Positions 32,453-42,555 of a stretch of DNA of 64,000 bases are shown here, one piece after another (positions within the stretch are counted from its first letter, which is position 1; each line of letters starts with the position of its first letter). The DNA is taken from the NCBI RefSeq assembly GCF_048403405.1, contig NZ_CP183136.1. One strand, given 5' to 3'. The position numbers and the translations under genes were made by a program. This DNA is from Escherichia coli (GTDB lineage Bacteria > Pseudomonadota > Gammaproteobacteria > Enterobacterales > Enterobacteriaceae). The notes under the pieces were generated by a model that saw only the letters and a program-made list of their open reading frames with translations, searched no databases and had not been told where the DNA came from.

Positions 32453-33199
32453 ATGACAACGGATAACACGAACACGACACGTAACGATTCACTGGCTGCA
32501 CGGACCGATACCTGGTTGCAGTCGTTTCTGGTCTGGTCACCCGGACAGCGGGATATCATCAAAACGGTGGCGCTGGTGCTGATGGTACTGGACCACATCA
32601 ATCTGATATTCCAGCTGAAGCAGGAATGGATGTTTCTGGCCGGGCGAGGAGCCTTTCCGCTGTTTGCCCTGGTGTGGGGGCTGAATCTGTCCCGTCATGC
32701 GCATATCCGGCAACCGGCCATTAACCGGCTGTGGGGATGGGGAATTATTGCCCAGTTCGCATATTATCTGGCCGGCTTTCCCTGGCATGAGGGGAATATC
32801 CTGTTTGCCTTTGCAGTGGCGGCACAGGTGCTGACGTGGTGTGAAACGCGCAGTGGGTGGCGTACAGCAGCGGCCATTCTTCTGATGGCCCTGTGGGGGC
32901 CTTTGTCCGGCACCAGTTACGGCATTGCCGGGCTGCTGATGCTGGCGGTCAGTTACCGACTGTACCGGGCGGAAGACAGAGCGGAACGTCTGGCGCTGCT
33001 TGCATGCCTGCTGGCCGTTATTCCGGCACTTAACCTTGCCTCCAGTGATGCAGCGGCGGTGGCCGGTCTTGTAATGACGGTGCTGACCGTTGGTCTGGTG
33101 TCGTGTGCAGGAAAATCATTACCCCGTTTCTGGCCCGGGGATTTTTTCCCGGTATTCTACGCCTGTCATCTGGCTGTGCTGGGCGTTCTGGCGTTGTGA
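32453..33199 (+). CDS. traX: TraX, F-pilin acetyltransferase
   Basis: ATG at 32453 gives a 248-aa polytopic membrane protein; conserved position after traI. Confidence 0.9.
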   Translation: MTTDNTNTTRNDSLAARTDTWLQSFLVWSPGQRDIIKTVALVLMVLDHINLIFQLKQEWMFLAGRGAFPLFALVWGLNLSRHAHIRQPAINRLWGWGIIAQFAYYLAGFPWHEGNILFAFAVAAQVLTWCETRSGWRTAAAILLMALWGPLSGTSYGIAGLLMLAVSYRLYRAEDRAERLALLACLLAVIPALNLASSDAAAVAGLVMTVLTVGLVSCAGKSLPRFWPGDFFPVFYACHLAVLGVLAL

Positions 33200-33257
33200 C
33201 TGGTATGATACTGACGCTGATTCTGATTATTAATAAACAACATAACACAGGATATTT

Positions 33258-34118
33258 ATGAAAATTACGGATCACAAACTCTCTGAAGGTATTGCCCTGA
33301 CATTTCGTGTTCCTGAAGGAAATATAAAACATCCTTTGATTATCTTATGCCATGGGTTTTGCGGTATCAGGAATGTTCTGCTCCCTTGCTTTGCGAATGC
33401 CTTCACAGAAGCAGGATTCGCAACGATTACTTTTGATTATCGAGGATTCGGTGAGAGTGATGGAGAACGAGGGCGTCTGGTTCCTGCAATGCAGACCGAA
33501 GATATTATTTCAGTTATCAATTGGGCAGAAAAGCAGGAATGTATTGATAATCAGCGTATTGGGTTATGGGGAACATCGCTGGGAGGGGGGCATGTCTTCA
33601 GTGCAGCTGCGCAGGACCAACGCGTAAAATGTATTGTCAGCCAGCTGGCTTTTGCTGACGGTGATGTTCTGGTTACCGGAGAGATGAATGAATCGGAGAG
33701 AGCGTCTTTTCTGTCCACGCTGAATAAAATGGCAGAGAAGAAGAAAAACACCGGGAAAGAGATGTTTGTGGGGGTTACCCGGGTACTGAGTGATAATGAA
33801 TCAAAGGTATTCTTCGAGAAGGTAAAAGGTCAGTATCCTGAAATGGATATAAAAATACCTTTCCTTACGGTTATGGAGACGTTGCAATATAAACCGGCAG
33901 AGAGCGCAGCCAAAGTACAGTGCCCAGTTTTGATTGTTATTGCCGGCCAGGATAGTGTTAATCCACCAGAACAGGGAAAAGCCTTATATGATGCTGTTGC
34001 TTCTGGTACTAAGGAATTATACGAGGAAGCTGACGCATGCCATTATGATATTTATGAAGGCGCGTTTTTTGAACGTGTGGCGGCAGTACAGACGCAATGG
34101 TTTAAAAAACATCTTTAA
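33258..34118 (+). CDS. Alpha/beta-fold hydrolase
   Basis: 286-aa ORF with GTSLGG nucleophile-elbow motif; a hydrolase is common between traX and finO in IncF backbones. Confidence 0.75.
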   Translation: MKITDHKLSEGIALTFRVPEGNIKHPLIILCHGFCGIRNVLLPCFANAFTEAGFATITFDYRGFGESDGERGRLVPAMQTEDIISVINWAEKQECIDNQRIGLWGTSLGGGHVFSAAAQDQRVKCIVSQLAFADGDVLVTGEMNESERASFLSTLNKMAEKKKNTGKEMFVGVTRVLSDNESKVFFEKVKGQYPEMDIKIPFLTVMETLQYKPAESAAKVQCPVLIVIAGQDSVNPPEQGKALYDAVASGTKELYEEADACHYDIYEGAFFERVAAVQTQWFKKHL

Positions 34119-34220
34119 TTGTCGGTATTAATATGTCAGAGGTCGTTGAGGTCAGCTTAATATCATAGTGAGTAGTTTCAACGACCTGGAGGACATATTT
34201 TCACAAAGGTCAGGGCAATC

Positions 34221-34781
34221 ATGACAGAGCAGAAACGACCGGTACTGACACTGAAACGGAAAACGGAAGGGGAAACACCGACCCGGAGCCGGAAAACCAT
34301 CATCAATGTCACCACGCCACCAAAATGGAAGGTGAAAAAGCAGAAACTGGCGGAGAAGGCTGCCCGGGAAGCAGAGCTGACAGCAAAAAAAGCGCAGGCC
34401 AGACAGGCGCTGTCCATTTATCTGAACCTGCCCTCGCTGGATGAGGCCGTGAACACCCTGAAACCCTGGTGGCCGGGATTATTTGACGGTGACACACCCC
34501 GACTTCTGGCCTGCGGTATCCGGGACGTGTTACTGGAAGACGTGGCGCAGCGGAATATCCCGCTCTCGCATAAAAAACTGCGCAGGGCGCTGAAGGCCAT
34601 CACCCGTTCAGAAAGCTATCTGTGTGCCATGAAAGCCGGTGCCTGCCGGTATGACACGGAAGGGTATGTGACGGAGCATATTTCTCAGGAGGAAGAAGTG
34701 TATGCGGCAGAGCGTCTGGATAAAATCCGCCGCCAGAACCGGATAAAGGCAGAACTTCAGGCCGTGCTTGATGAACAATAA
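34221..34781 (+). CDS. finO: FinO, fertility-inhibition RNA chaperone
   Basis: 186-aa basic protein matching FinO; appears intact. Confidence 0.95.
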
Positions 34782-35353
34782 AAAAGCCTCCTTCACACTA
34801 AAGGAGGCGGAAAAATAAGGCTTCTCTGAAACCTTCTTCCATACCCGGCAGAAGAAGGTTATAAAAATTTATAACACATTCACCGGCCTGGATTAAAGGG
34901 GGAAGGAAAATGAACGGAACAGGGCGTGATTCGCAAAACTCCGGGGTATGGCGCTACCGGCAGGTCGGACGCCGGGCTGTCCGGCTGGAAGTCAGGGGGA
35001 CTGGCCGGGAGCCGCTGAGGCATGGCTACGGGCTGCGCAGTCTGCTCCCCGGACAGACTGGCAGCAGTTTGCCCGAAAAAGGGCTGAACACTGCCACCGG
35101 CGCTGCCGGGGAAGGGTGTAACGAAAAAGCAGCCTTCATTACTCCAGGGATTCAGAAGGCTGAATAATGCATGAGATTTGCTTTTTTTAATATCCGGTCG
35201 GAAAGTATGACCGGACAGTTCTGAGTAGCACAGAGTTTTTTCCATATTAAGTCGTGATTTTATATTTTGTGATTAATTTCACAAAATAAGGTGTTATTCA
35301 GTGTGTGCTGCGATATTCAGGATTACCTGAAATACAGGTGCCATTTATCTGAT

Positions 35354-35827
35354 ATGGAGAATAACATGAGGAAATATATTCCACTGGTATTATTTATCTT
35401 TTCATGGCCGGTATTGTGTGCAGATATTCATGGACGGGTTGTTCGTGTACTGGACGGTGATACCATCGAGGTCATGGACTCACGGAAGGCAGTGCGGATC
35501 AGGCTGATAAATATTGATGCACCGGAAAAGAAACAGGATTATGGCCGGTGGTCAACGGACATGATGAAATCACTGGTTGCAGGAAAAACGGTTACCGTCA
35601 CATATTTTCAGCGAGATCGTTATGGTCGTATTCTCGGGCAGGTTTATGCACCAGACGGAATGAATGTTAATCAGTTTATGGTCCGGGCCGGGGCTGCCTG
35701 GGTATATGAGCAGTACAACACAGATCCCGTGCTGCCTGTCCTTCAGAACGAAGCCAGACAACAAAAACGTGGGCTCTGGTCAGATGCTGATCCGGTTCCC
35801 CCCTGGATATGGAGACACCGTAAATAA
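35354..35827 (+). CDS. Secreted thermonuclease (SNase-like) family nuclease
   Basis: Signal peptide plus RLINIDAPE motif typical of staphylococcal-nuclease homologues; start at 35354 or 35366. Confidence 0.8.
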   Translation: MENNMRKYIPLVLFIFSWPVLCADIHGRVVRVLDGDTIEVMDSRKAVRIRLINIDAPEKKQDYGRWSTDMMKSLVAGKTVTVTYFQRDRYGRILGQVYAPDGMNVNQFMVRAGAAWVYEQYNTDPVLPVLQNEARQQKRGLWSDADPVPPWIWRHRK

Positions 35828-35872
35828 AGCGATGGCAATCTTATCATTCATCTGTTCTCAGCGGGAATAAAA

Positions 35873-36082
35873 ATGGCGAAAACAAAACAGGAATGGCTGT
35901 ATCAGTTACGGCGATGTTCATCAGTCAATACGCTGGAAAAAATTATTCATAAAAACAGAGACAGTTTATTAAACAGTGAACGTGAATCATTTAATTCAGC
36001 AGCAGACCACCGGTTAGCGGAATTAATCACCGGAAAGTTATATGACAGGATACCAAAAGAGATATGGAAATATGTAAGGTAA
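35873..36082 (+). CDS. Hypothetical small protein
   Basis: 69-aa ORF with upstream purine-rich stretch; no recognised domain. Confidence 0.45.
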   Translation: MAKTKQEWLYQLRRCSSVNTLEKIIHKNRDSLLNSERESFNSAADHRLAELITGKLYDRIPKEIWKYVR

Positions 36083-36119
36083 TAATTCAGAATAATTAAT
36101 TACCAGGAGCAGATAAACA

Positions 36120-36710
36120 ATGAAGCTGATTATTTTTATTCTCATTGTTCTGATTATTGCAGCGTTACTTATCCGGATTATCCTCAAAAGTGTAAATCAG
36201 CATTCTCCTTTGCTGATGCAGTTGCATGCGGCAGGTATACGGACCGGTGATGCAGAGCGAATACTGTCCGGCGGTGAATACTGGCAACGTCAGAAGACGC
36301 TGCTGACAGAAAGGGAAGTCAGTTTTATGAAAGGACTGTTCAGAATTGTGGATATGAAGCGGTGGTATCTGTGTCCGCAGGTACGGGTCGCGGATATCGT
36401 CCAGCTGAACGGGAATATCCGGCCACGATCACGCCAGTGGTGGCAGTTATTCAGGATGGTGTCTCAGTGGCATGTTGATGTGGTTATCGTTGAGCGGCGT
36501 TCGTTCAGTATTGTTGCAGCAGTAGAGCTGGATGATGCCAGCCATTTACGACCGGAACGCAGACGCCGGGATATTCTTCTGGAAGAGGTTCTGAGGCAGG
36601 CTGGTATTCCGTTGCTCAGAAGCCACGATGCCAGAAAACTGCTGCAGATGACCGGAGAATGGCTGAATACAACAGGAACTGATCAGCAATCACCGGAACA
36701 TCGTAGCTGA
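36120..36710 (+). CDS. Membrane-anchored hypothetical protein, possibly DUF2726 / nuclease-fold-like
   Basis: N-terminal TM helix; C-terminal region with D..E-type acidic motifs (VDVVIVERR); family assignment from recall only. Confidence 0.55.
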   Translation: MKLIIFILIVLIIAALLIRIILKSVNQHSPLLMQLHAAGIRTGDAERILSGGEYWQRQKTLLTEREVSFMKGLFRIVDMKRWYLCPQVRVADIVQLNGNIRPRSRQWWQLFRMVSQWHVDVVIVERRSFSIVAAVELDDASHLRPERRRRDILLEEVLRQAGIPLLRSHDARKLLQMTGEWLNTTGTDQQSPEHRS

Positions 36711-36949
36711 CGCCTTCGCGTTGCTCAGTTGTCCAACCCCGGAAACGGGAAAAAGCAAGTTTTCCCCGCTCCCGGCGTTTCCATAACTGAAAACCATACT
36801 ATTTCACAGTTTAAATCACATTAAACGACAGTAATCCCCGTTGATTTGTGCGCCAACACAGATCTTCGTCACAATTCTCAAGTCGCTGATTTCAAAAAAC
36901 TGTAGTATCCTCTGCGAAACGATCCCTGTTTGAGTATTGAGGAGGCGAG

Positions 36950-37207
36950 ATGTCGCAGACAGAAAATGCAGTGACTTCCTCATCTGGCGCAAAACGAGCA
37001 TACAGAAAGGGTAAACCTTTGAGTGAAGCAGAACGACAGAGAGCAGCTTCTGCGCGCAAACGATCTGTATGTAAAGAGATCAAGGTTTTCGTCAGACCAG
37101 AACTGAAAAACTACCTTACCAGTCTGTGTGCAGAGGAAGGGGTAACTCAGGCAGAGTTGATAGAAAGGCTTATCGAGAAAGAGGCCTGTCACAGGAACAT
37201 GATGTGA
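36950..37207 (+). CDS. copB: CopB (RepA2), transcriptional repressor of repA1
   Basis: 85-aa ORF starting MSQTENAVTSSSGAKRAYRKG..., characteristic of the IncFII replicon. Confidence 0.9.
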   Translation: MSQTENAVTSSSGAKRAYRKGKPLSEAERQRAASARKRSVCKEIKVFVRPELKNYLTSLCAEEGVTQAELIERLIEKEACHRNMM

Positions 37208-37269
37208 TGGGATCACATTCTTGCTAGTTTTTTCTGTCAGTGCTAGATTACTGATCGTTTAAGGAATTT

Positions 37270-37390
37270 TGTGGCTGGCCACGCCGTAAGGTGGCAGGGA
37301 ACTGGTTCTGATGTGGATTTACAGGAGCCAGAAAAGTGAAAACCCCGATAATCTTCAGCAAGTTTGGCGACTAAGAAGAAGATTAACGGG
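37270..37390 (-). ncRNA. copA: CopA antisense RNA region (approximate)
   Basis: Position between copB and tap on the opposite strand as in R1/R100; ends not determined. Confidence 0.35.
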
Positions 37391-37442
37391 GCTAACAAGA
37401 AACCGCATAGAAGCTGTTGCTCTATGCGGGGAGTATAGTTAT

Positions 37443-37517
37443 ATGCCCGGAAAAGTTCAAGACTTCTTTCTGTGCTCACTCCTTCTGTGCAACATAAGTG
37501 CAGGATGGTGTGACTGA
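37443..37517 (+). CDS. tap: Tap (RepA6) leader peptide, translationally coupled to repA1
   Basis: 24-codon [27 protein letters not shown] whose stop overlaps the repA1 GTG start. Confidence 0.7.
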   Translation: MPGKVQDFFLCSLLLCNISAGWCD

Positions 37518-38367
37518 TCTTCACCAAACGTATTACCGCCAGGTAAAGAACCCGAATCCGGTGTTTACACCCCGTAAAGGTGCCGGAACGCTGAAGTTCT
37601 GCGAAAAACTGATGGAAAAGGCGGTGGGCTTCACCTCCCGTTTTGACTTCGCCATTCATGTGGCGCATGCCCGTTCGCGTGGTCTGCGTCGACGCATGCC
37701 ACCGGTGCTGCGTCGACGGGCAATTGATGCGCTGCTGCAGGGGCTGTGTTTCCACTATGACCCGCTGGCCAACCGCGTCCAGTGCTCCATCACCACACTG
37801 GCCATTGAGTGCGGACTGGCGACAGAGTCCGGTGCAGGAAAACTCTCCATCACCCGTGCCACCCGGGCCCTGACGTTCCTGTCAGAGCTGGGACTGATTA
37901 CCTACCAGACGGAATATGACCCGCTTATCGGGTGCTACATTCCGACCGACATCACGTTCACACCGGCACTGTTTGCCGCTCTCGATGTGTCTGAGGTGGC
38001 GGTGGCTTCCGCACGCCGCAGTCGTGTGGAATGGGAAAACAGACAGCGCAAGAAGCAGGGACTGGATGCACTGGGCATGGATGAACTGATAGCGAAAGCC
38101 TGGCGTTTTGTTCGTGAGCGTTTTCGCAGTTATCAGACAGAGCTTAAGTCCCGGGGAATAAAGCGTGCCCGTGCGCGTCGTGATGCGGACAGGGAACGTC
38201 AGGATATTGTCACCCTGGTGAAACGGCAGCTGACGCGCGAAATCGCGGAAGGGCGCTTCACTGCCAATCGTGAGGCGGTAAAACGCGAAGTTGAGCGTCG
38301 TGTGAAGGAGCGCATGATTCTGTCACGTAACCGTAATTACAGCCGGCTGGCCACAGCTTCCCCCTGA
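37510..38367 (+). CDS. repA1: RepA1, IncFII replication initiator
   Basis: GTG at 37510 gives [19 protein letters not shown]..., matching IncFII RepA1 along its length. Confidence 0.95.
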   Translation: MTDLHQTYYRQVKNPNPVFTPRKGAGTLKFCEKLMEKAVGFTSRFDFAIHVAHARSRGLRRRMPPVLRRRAIDALLQGLCFHYDPLANRVQCSITTLAIECGLATESGAGKLSITRATRALTFLSELGLITYQTEYDPLIGCYIPTDITFTPALFAALDVSEVAVASARRSRVEWENRQRKKQGLDALGMDELIAKAWRFVRERFRSYQTELKSRGIKRARARRDADRERQDIVTLVKRQLTREIAEGRFTANREAVKREVERRVKERMILSRNRNYSRLATASP

Positions 38368-38399
38368 AAGTGACCTCCTCTGAATAATCCGGCCCGCGC

Positions 38400-38700
38400 T
38401 GGAGGCATTCGCACGCCTGAAGCCCGTCGATGCACAAAAAAACAGCACCACATACAAAAAACAACCTCATCATCCAGCTTCTGGTGCATCCGGCCCCCCC
38501 TGTTTTCGATACAAAACACGCCTCACAGACGGGGAATTTTGCTTATCCACATTAAACTGCAAGGGACTTCCCCATAAGGTTACAACCGTTCATGTCATAA
38601 AGCGCCAGCCGCCAGTCTTACAGGGTGCAATGTATCTTTTAAACACCTGTTTATATCTCCTTTAAACTACTTAATTACATTCATTTAAAAAGAAAACCTA
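38400..38700. other. oriR, vegetative replication origin region (approximate)
   Basis: Perfect DnaA box TTATCCACA at 38543-38551 and AT-rich tract downstream of repA1. Confidence 0.6.
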
Positions 38701-39083
38701 TTCACTGCCTGTCCTGTGGACAGACAGATATGCACCTCCCACCGCAAGCGGCGGGCCCCGACCGGAGCCATTTTAGTTACAACACTCAAATACAAGCACC
38801 GGGAAAACCCCAGTCCAGCGCAGAACTGAAACCACAAAGCCCCTCCTCATAACTGAAAAGCGGCCCCGCCCCGGCCCGAAGGGCCGGAACAGAGTCGCTT
38901 TTAATTATGAATGTTGTAACTACATCATCATCGCTGTCAGTCTTCTGGCTGGAAGTTCTCAGTACACGCTCGTAAGCGGCCCTGACGGCCCGCTAACGCG
39001 GAGATACGCCCCGACTTCGGGTAAACCCTCGTCGGGACCACTCCGACCGCGCACAGAAGCTCTCTCATAGCTGAAAACGGGTA

Positions 39084-39217
39084 TAGTCTGGCAGGGCAAG
39101 GGATGGGTAAGGTGAAATCTATCAATCAGTACCGGCTTACGCCGGGCTTCGGCGGTTTTACTCCGGTATCACATGTAACCACAGCGTGCCGCCTTCCATG
39201 CCGCTGGCGCGGCATAA
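39084..39217. repeat. Copy of a short element (GGTAAGGTGAAA..CAGTACCGGCTTACGCCGG..GCCGCCTTCCATGCCGCTGGCGCGGCATAA) repeated near 47.7 kb in the same orientation
   Basis: Near-identical stretch at 47724-47815 and a diverged copy at 419-494; contains hairpin CCGGCTTACGCCGG. Confidence 0.6.
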
Positions 39218-39433
39218 GCATATGTTGGTGGCTGTGTCTGAAAGGTTATATACTCTGCATAAAACCTGACAACACGCAGATTGCCAGGCAAATGAGCATT
39301 ATGCATCCGGTTATCGCCTGCCTGTGAAACAATATCACCGGGGCGAATATCGATACTCTGACTCGTTATACCCATGCGTGCGGCATCAAAAAACCTGCAA
39401 TTGCCCTTTATTGAATGAAAGGGGGAGTCAATT

Positions 39434-39697
39434 ATGAATAGCACCACACATTACGAAAACGCCAATTTCCTGCGCGAGCTGGCCGAAAGCCTGCCTCGTA
39501 TTTTTCCAGAAGGCAGTACAGACAAGTCTGCACTATTGCAACGCCTCGCTAATGAAGAACTGGCACGGGCGGAATACGACGAACAGATCCGAGCGAAAGT
39601 TGCCGCTGCCCGCGCCGATAAGCGGCCGGGAATGAGTTCCGCGCAACTGCGCCAGCAACTACAGGGACGTTATCAGGAACTGCGCAATGAGTTATGA
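39434..39697 (+). CDS. Type II antitoxin (ParD/RelB-like)
   Basis: 87-aa ORF overlapping by 11 nt the downstream toxin ORF. Confidence 0.65.
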   Translation: MNSTTHYENANFLRELAESLPRIFPEGSTDKSALLQRLANEELARAEYDEQIRAKVAAARADKRPGMSSAQLRQQLQGRYQELRNEL

Positions 39698-39986
39698 AAT
39701 AGAATGGCGACCAGGTGCGATTGAGGATATAACGGCGTTGTTTGAATATCTGGTCGAGAATGCATCTCTTTGGGATGCAAGGAACGTGACAGAGCGTCTG
39801 ATCACTGCAACCGATCGCCTGGCTGATTACCCCAGGCTGTATGAAACGGATGAACGCTATGGTGAAGGGGTTCGCCGTATTAGCTTACTTGGACAGCATG
39901 TACTTTATGAAGTGAATGATGAGGCCAGTCGTGTCAATATCCTGGCGGTTGTAGGCCAGCGTCAGAATCCCCGATTCATTCTTTGA
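39687..39986 (+). CDS. Type II toxin of the RelE/ParE superfamily
   Basis: 99-aa ORF with RelE/ParE-like character, overlapping the upstream antitoxin. Confidence 0.7.
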   Translation: MSYEIEWRPGAIEDITALFEYLVENASLWDARNVTERLITATDRLADYPRLYETDERYGEGVRRISLLGQHVLYEVNDEASRVNILAVVGQRQNPRFIL

Positions 39987-40021
39987 GTGTCCGGCTTGGA
40001 ACTCCATCTTCAGAGAATCGA

Positions 40022-40687
40022 TCAACGTTCTTTAGCTCCTTCCACTAACAGCCGACCTATCTCAAACACCGCAGCTGACCGTCCCGACTTCACCGCTTCG
40101 GCTTTCTGTCCCTCAACAAACCAGTTATTACCGTCCGTTCGGACCAACTCAAACATCCATGACATATCGTAAACGTGTTCCGGGATCAGCGACCCTTCTC
40201 CGGCCAGAATACCCGCCGTTATGGAGTGGTTGCCCCCGTGCACAAAGCCAATACGCCAGGGCAACCACAGGTCAACATAGTGGTTGTTTTTATCTTGCTT
40301 CCACGGCTTCCCCTTATGGGTTCCAATGCGTGAAACGTTATCGATATAGCGTGGTAGGCTCCAAGGCCACGGCAGCACTATGTCGCTTGCCAGCGACAAC
40401 GGATAATCAGCGCCGTTCATCTCACACTCTTTCATCTTTTCGTAAGATTGTATTTGGGTAAGTCCCTTAAAGAAGAACTCCTGCGGGGTCATATCCGGGC
40501 GGGCATCTGTTCCCTCCTCAGCTACCGCCAGCAAGAAATCACTCTGTACTGGCCGCACGATAGCGCGAATGAGATCTGGTAGCGCCTTAACGGGTAGTTT
40601 CTCTGCCACAGAAAGCAGATGATTGAAGCGTTTTTTTTCATTGGCTATAGTTGCTTTATCTTTCTTGTTTCGGTTCCAGAACATCAC
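40022..40687 (-). CDS. Hypothetical protein, 221 aa, no recognised domain
   Basis: Clean ORF convergent with the TA pair, same strand as the mcb operon, separated from mcbG by about 570 bp without ORFs. Confidence 0.5.
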   Translation of the reverse strand: MMFWNRNKKDKATIANEKKRFNHLLSVAEKLPVKALPDLIRAIVRPVQSDFLLAVAEEGTDARPDMTPQEFFFKGLTQIQSYEKMKECEMNGADYPLSLASDIVLPWPWSLPRYIDNVSRIGTHKGKPWKQDKNNHYVDLWLPWRIGFVHGGNHSITAGILAGEGSLIPEHVYDMSWMFELVRTDGNNWFVEGQKAEAVKSGRSAAVFEIGRLLVEGAKER

Positions 40688-41256
40688 TGTCTGTAGCCCT
40701 CCTTATCGTGATCAGGATGATGGTTTTCATTCTAATGGTGTAGTAGTTTCACGTCACGCGCACGTGCATATTCTTCGAAAGCTTCGGCGTTAGCCGGTCA
40801 ACCAGGGGGTTGAGGCCCAACCGTACGAGATCGTACGCTAAGTTCATTTTTTGAGCAGAAGAGGTGAGTAAAGAAAACGAGGGTTTTGTTTACTCTTCCC
40901 GTCAATGCCAGTAGCCATGCGGTTTCAGGGACTTTCAGTGTTAATAAACTCGGTAATCAAATCAACGTAAACCTGCCTAACAACGCCACGACTTTATTGA
41001 CTTAAAATCATATAGTTAGCTTCTTAGCGTACGTTTCCGCTCCATTGGGCTTCAAACCCCACACCCAATGACATGAGAAAAGCTGGATCTGATTCTCAAA
41101 ATGCTGGGATACCCATCGAGATGGAGAACTCAGTCAATGTTCCATTCTTTCTGAAATATGTGTGGGGACACTGATCTGTCGGGAGCCGGATGCGGTAGTT
41201 CCGCAGGTCCGGTTCTGAGGAGGGGCCCGTCCGGGCAACCGGCGGGTCTACTCACC

Positions 41257-41820
41257 TCATCCCCCTACAACCACTCCCATTCGTTTAAGTATTTTTAAAC
41301 CTGCTTCCTGTGGTATCTTTATAGATAAGATCCTGTTTATCTCAGGATTTATATCGAGACCTTCTGTCATTGAAAAATCACAGTGAGACAAATCAGAATG
41401 TCTGAACTCTGTATTATTAAACTCCGAACCAGTAAAATCAGATTTACGAAGGTCTGTTTCCTCAAATAAACAATCACGGAAGCGACTGGATAAAAAAATA
41501 GATTTCTGTAACCGTAAACTAATAAAATCAACAAATCTCAAATCACAATTTACAAGAGAAAAAGTACAGGGAAACATAATGTCTGCTGCATTTACTCCTT
41601 GTAATAAACAATCTTTGAATTCACAGTCAATAAGTTTAAAAAAATTAAGTTTTAAATTCTTTATTGAGCAGTTTACGAAGCGACATTTTTCGAACTCACA
41701 ATCGCGAAAGTTAAAGTTGTCAAGCTGTATTCGTTCAAATATACAATTGTAATAATTTACACCTGATAATTCACTTTCACTGAGGTGTCGTTTTGTGATT
41801 CTTTTTTCTATTATATCCAT
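41257..41820 (-). CDS. mcbG: McbG, pentapeptide-repeat microcin B17 immunity protein
   Basis: 187-aa ORF made of pentapeptide-like repeats; last gene of the operon. Confidence 0.9.
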   Translation of the reverse strand: MDIIEKRITKRHLSESELSGVNYYNCIFERIQLDNFNFRDCEFEKCRFVNCSIKNLKLNFFKLIDCEFKDCLLQGVNAADIMFPCTFSLVNCDLRFVDFISLRLQKSIFLSSRFRDCLFEETDLRKSDFTGSEFNNTEFRHSDLSHCDFSMTEGLDINPEINRILSIKIPQEAGLKILKRMGVVVGG

Positions 41821-41823
41821 GTG

Positions 41824-42555
41824 TCAGTCTCCTGTTCCCATAACTTCTTTAATAAATGCCTTTTCTGGAGTTGTTTCATTATTGGATTGAATAAAATCAC
41901 TCATATCAGAATAACGATTTATACTATTTTTTGAAAGCATATAGAAGGGGATTTTATCTCTTGTTAATTCATCAAAAATATGAGTTGAGAAAAATACAGT
42001 TTTCCCGTCAGCGGTGATCTTATTTATCAGTTCCCATAACATCATTCTGTACTGAATATCAATGCCTACAGTTGGTTCATCCAGTAAAAATAAACGGGCA
42101 TTTTTGCAAAGCGTTAGCATCAAAGATATGATAAGCCAACGCTTCTCTCCATAACTTACCGTGTAAGTCCTTTTACGTCTTATTTTATCATAGCGAATGA
42201 AAAAATTATCATTCCATTTATGATTAAGCTCTGTCCATGCCTGTTTTTTAGTTAACTTATTGAAGCAGCAAATCAAATCAAGAACCTCCTCATTCCTTAG
42301 TGTACCTGAAAGATTTATGACTTGAGGTAGACTTACTAATTCTCCATCAGAGAAATTTCGCTTGAGGGTCCCTTCATAATTACTGACTCCGCCCCTGATA
42401 AGGTTAAAAAGAGTGGTCTTCCCGGCTCCATTTTCTCCAAGCAGACCTATCAACTCTCCCTGCTCAATCTTAAGCGACAGATTATTGAAAACAGGGGGTA
42501 AATTTACTTTATATGAAAAGCTCAGAGAGTTGATTTCTAAAAGAGGTATGGTCAT
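41824..42555 (-). CDS. mcbF: McbF, ABC transporter ATP-binding protein (microcin B17 export/immunity)
   Basis: Walker A GENGAGKTT; overlaps mcbE. Confidence 0.9.
   Translation of the reverse strand: MTIPLLEINSLSFSYKVNLPPVFNNLSLKIEQGELIGLLGENGAGKTTLFNLIRGGVSNYEGTLKRNFSDGELVSLPQVINLSGTLRNEEVLDLICCFNKLTKKQAWTELNHKWNDNFFIRYDKIRRKRTYTVSYGEKRWLIISLMLTLCKNARLFLLDEPTVGIDIQYRMMLWELINKITADGKTVFFSTHIFDELTRDKIPFYMLSKNSINRYSDMSDFIQSNNETTPEKAFIKEVMGTGD

Noticed and set aside
28050-32601. Many minus-strand ORFs of 60-290 aa inside traI
   Set aside because: Antisense to a long, well-supported coding region; Ser/Arg/Pro-rich translations typical of spurious frames in GC-rich genes
34880-35245. Overlapping ORFs on both strands between finO and the nuclease gene
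   Set aside because: Mutually overlapping, GC-rich composition, no start context; treated as non-coding
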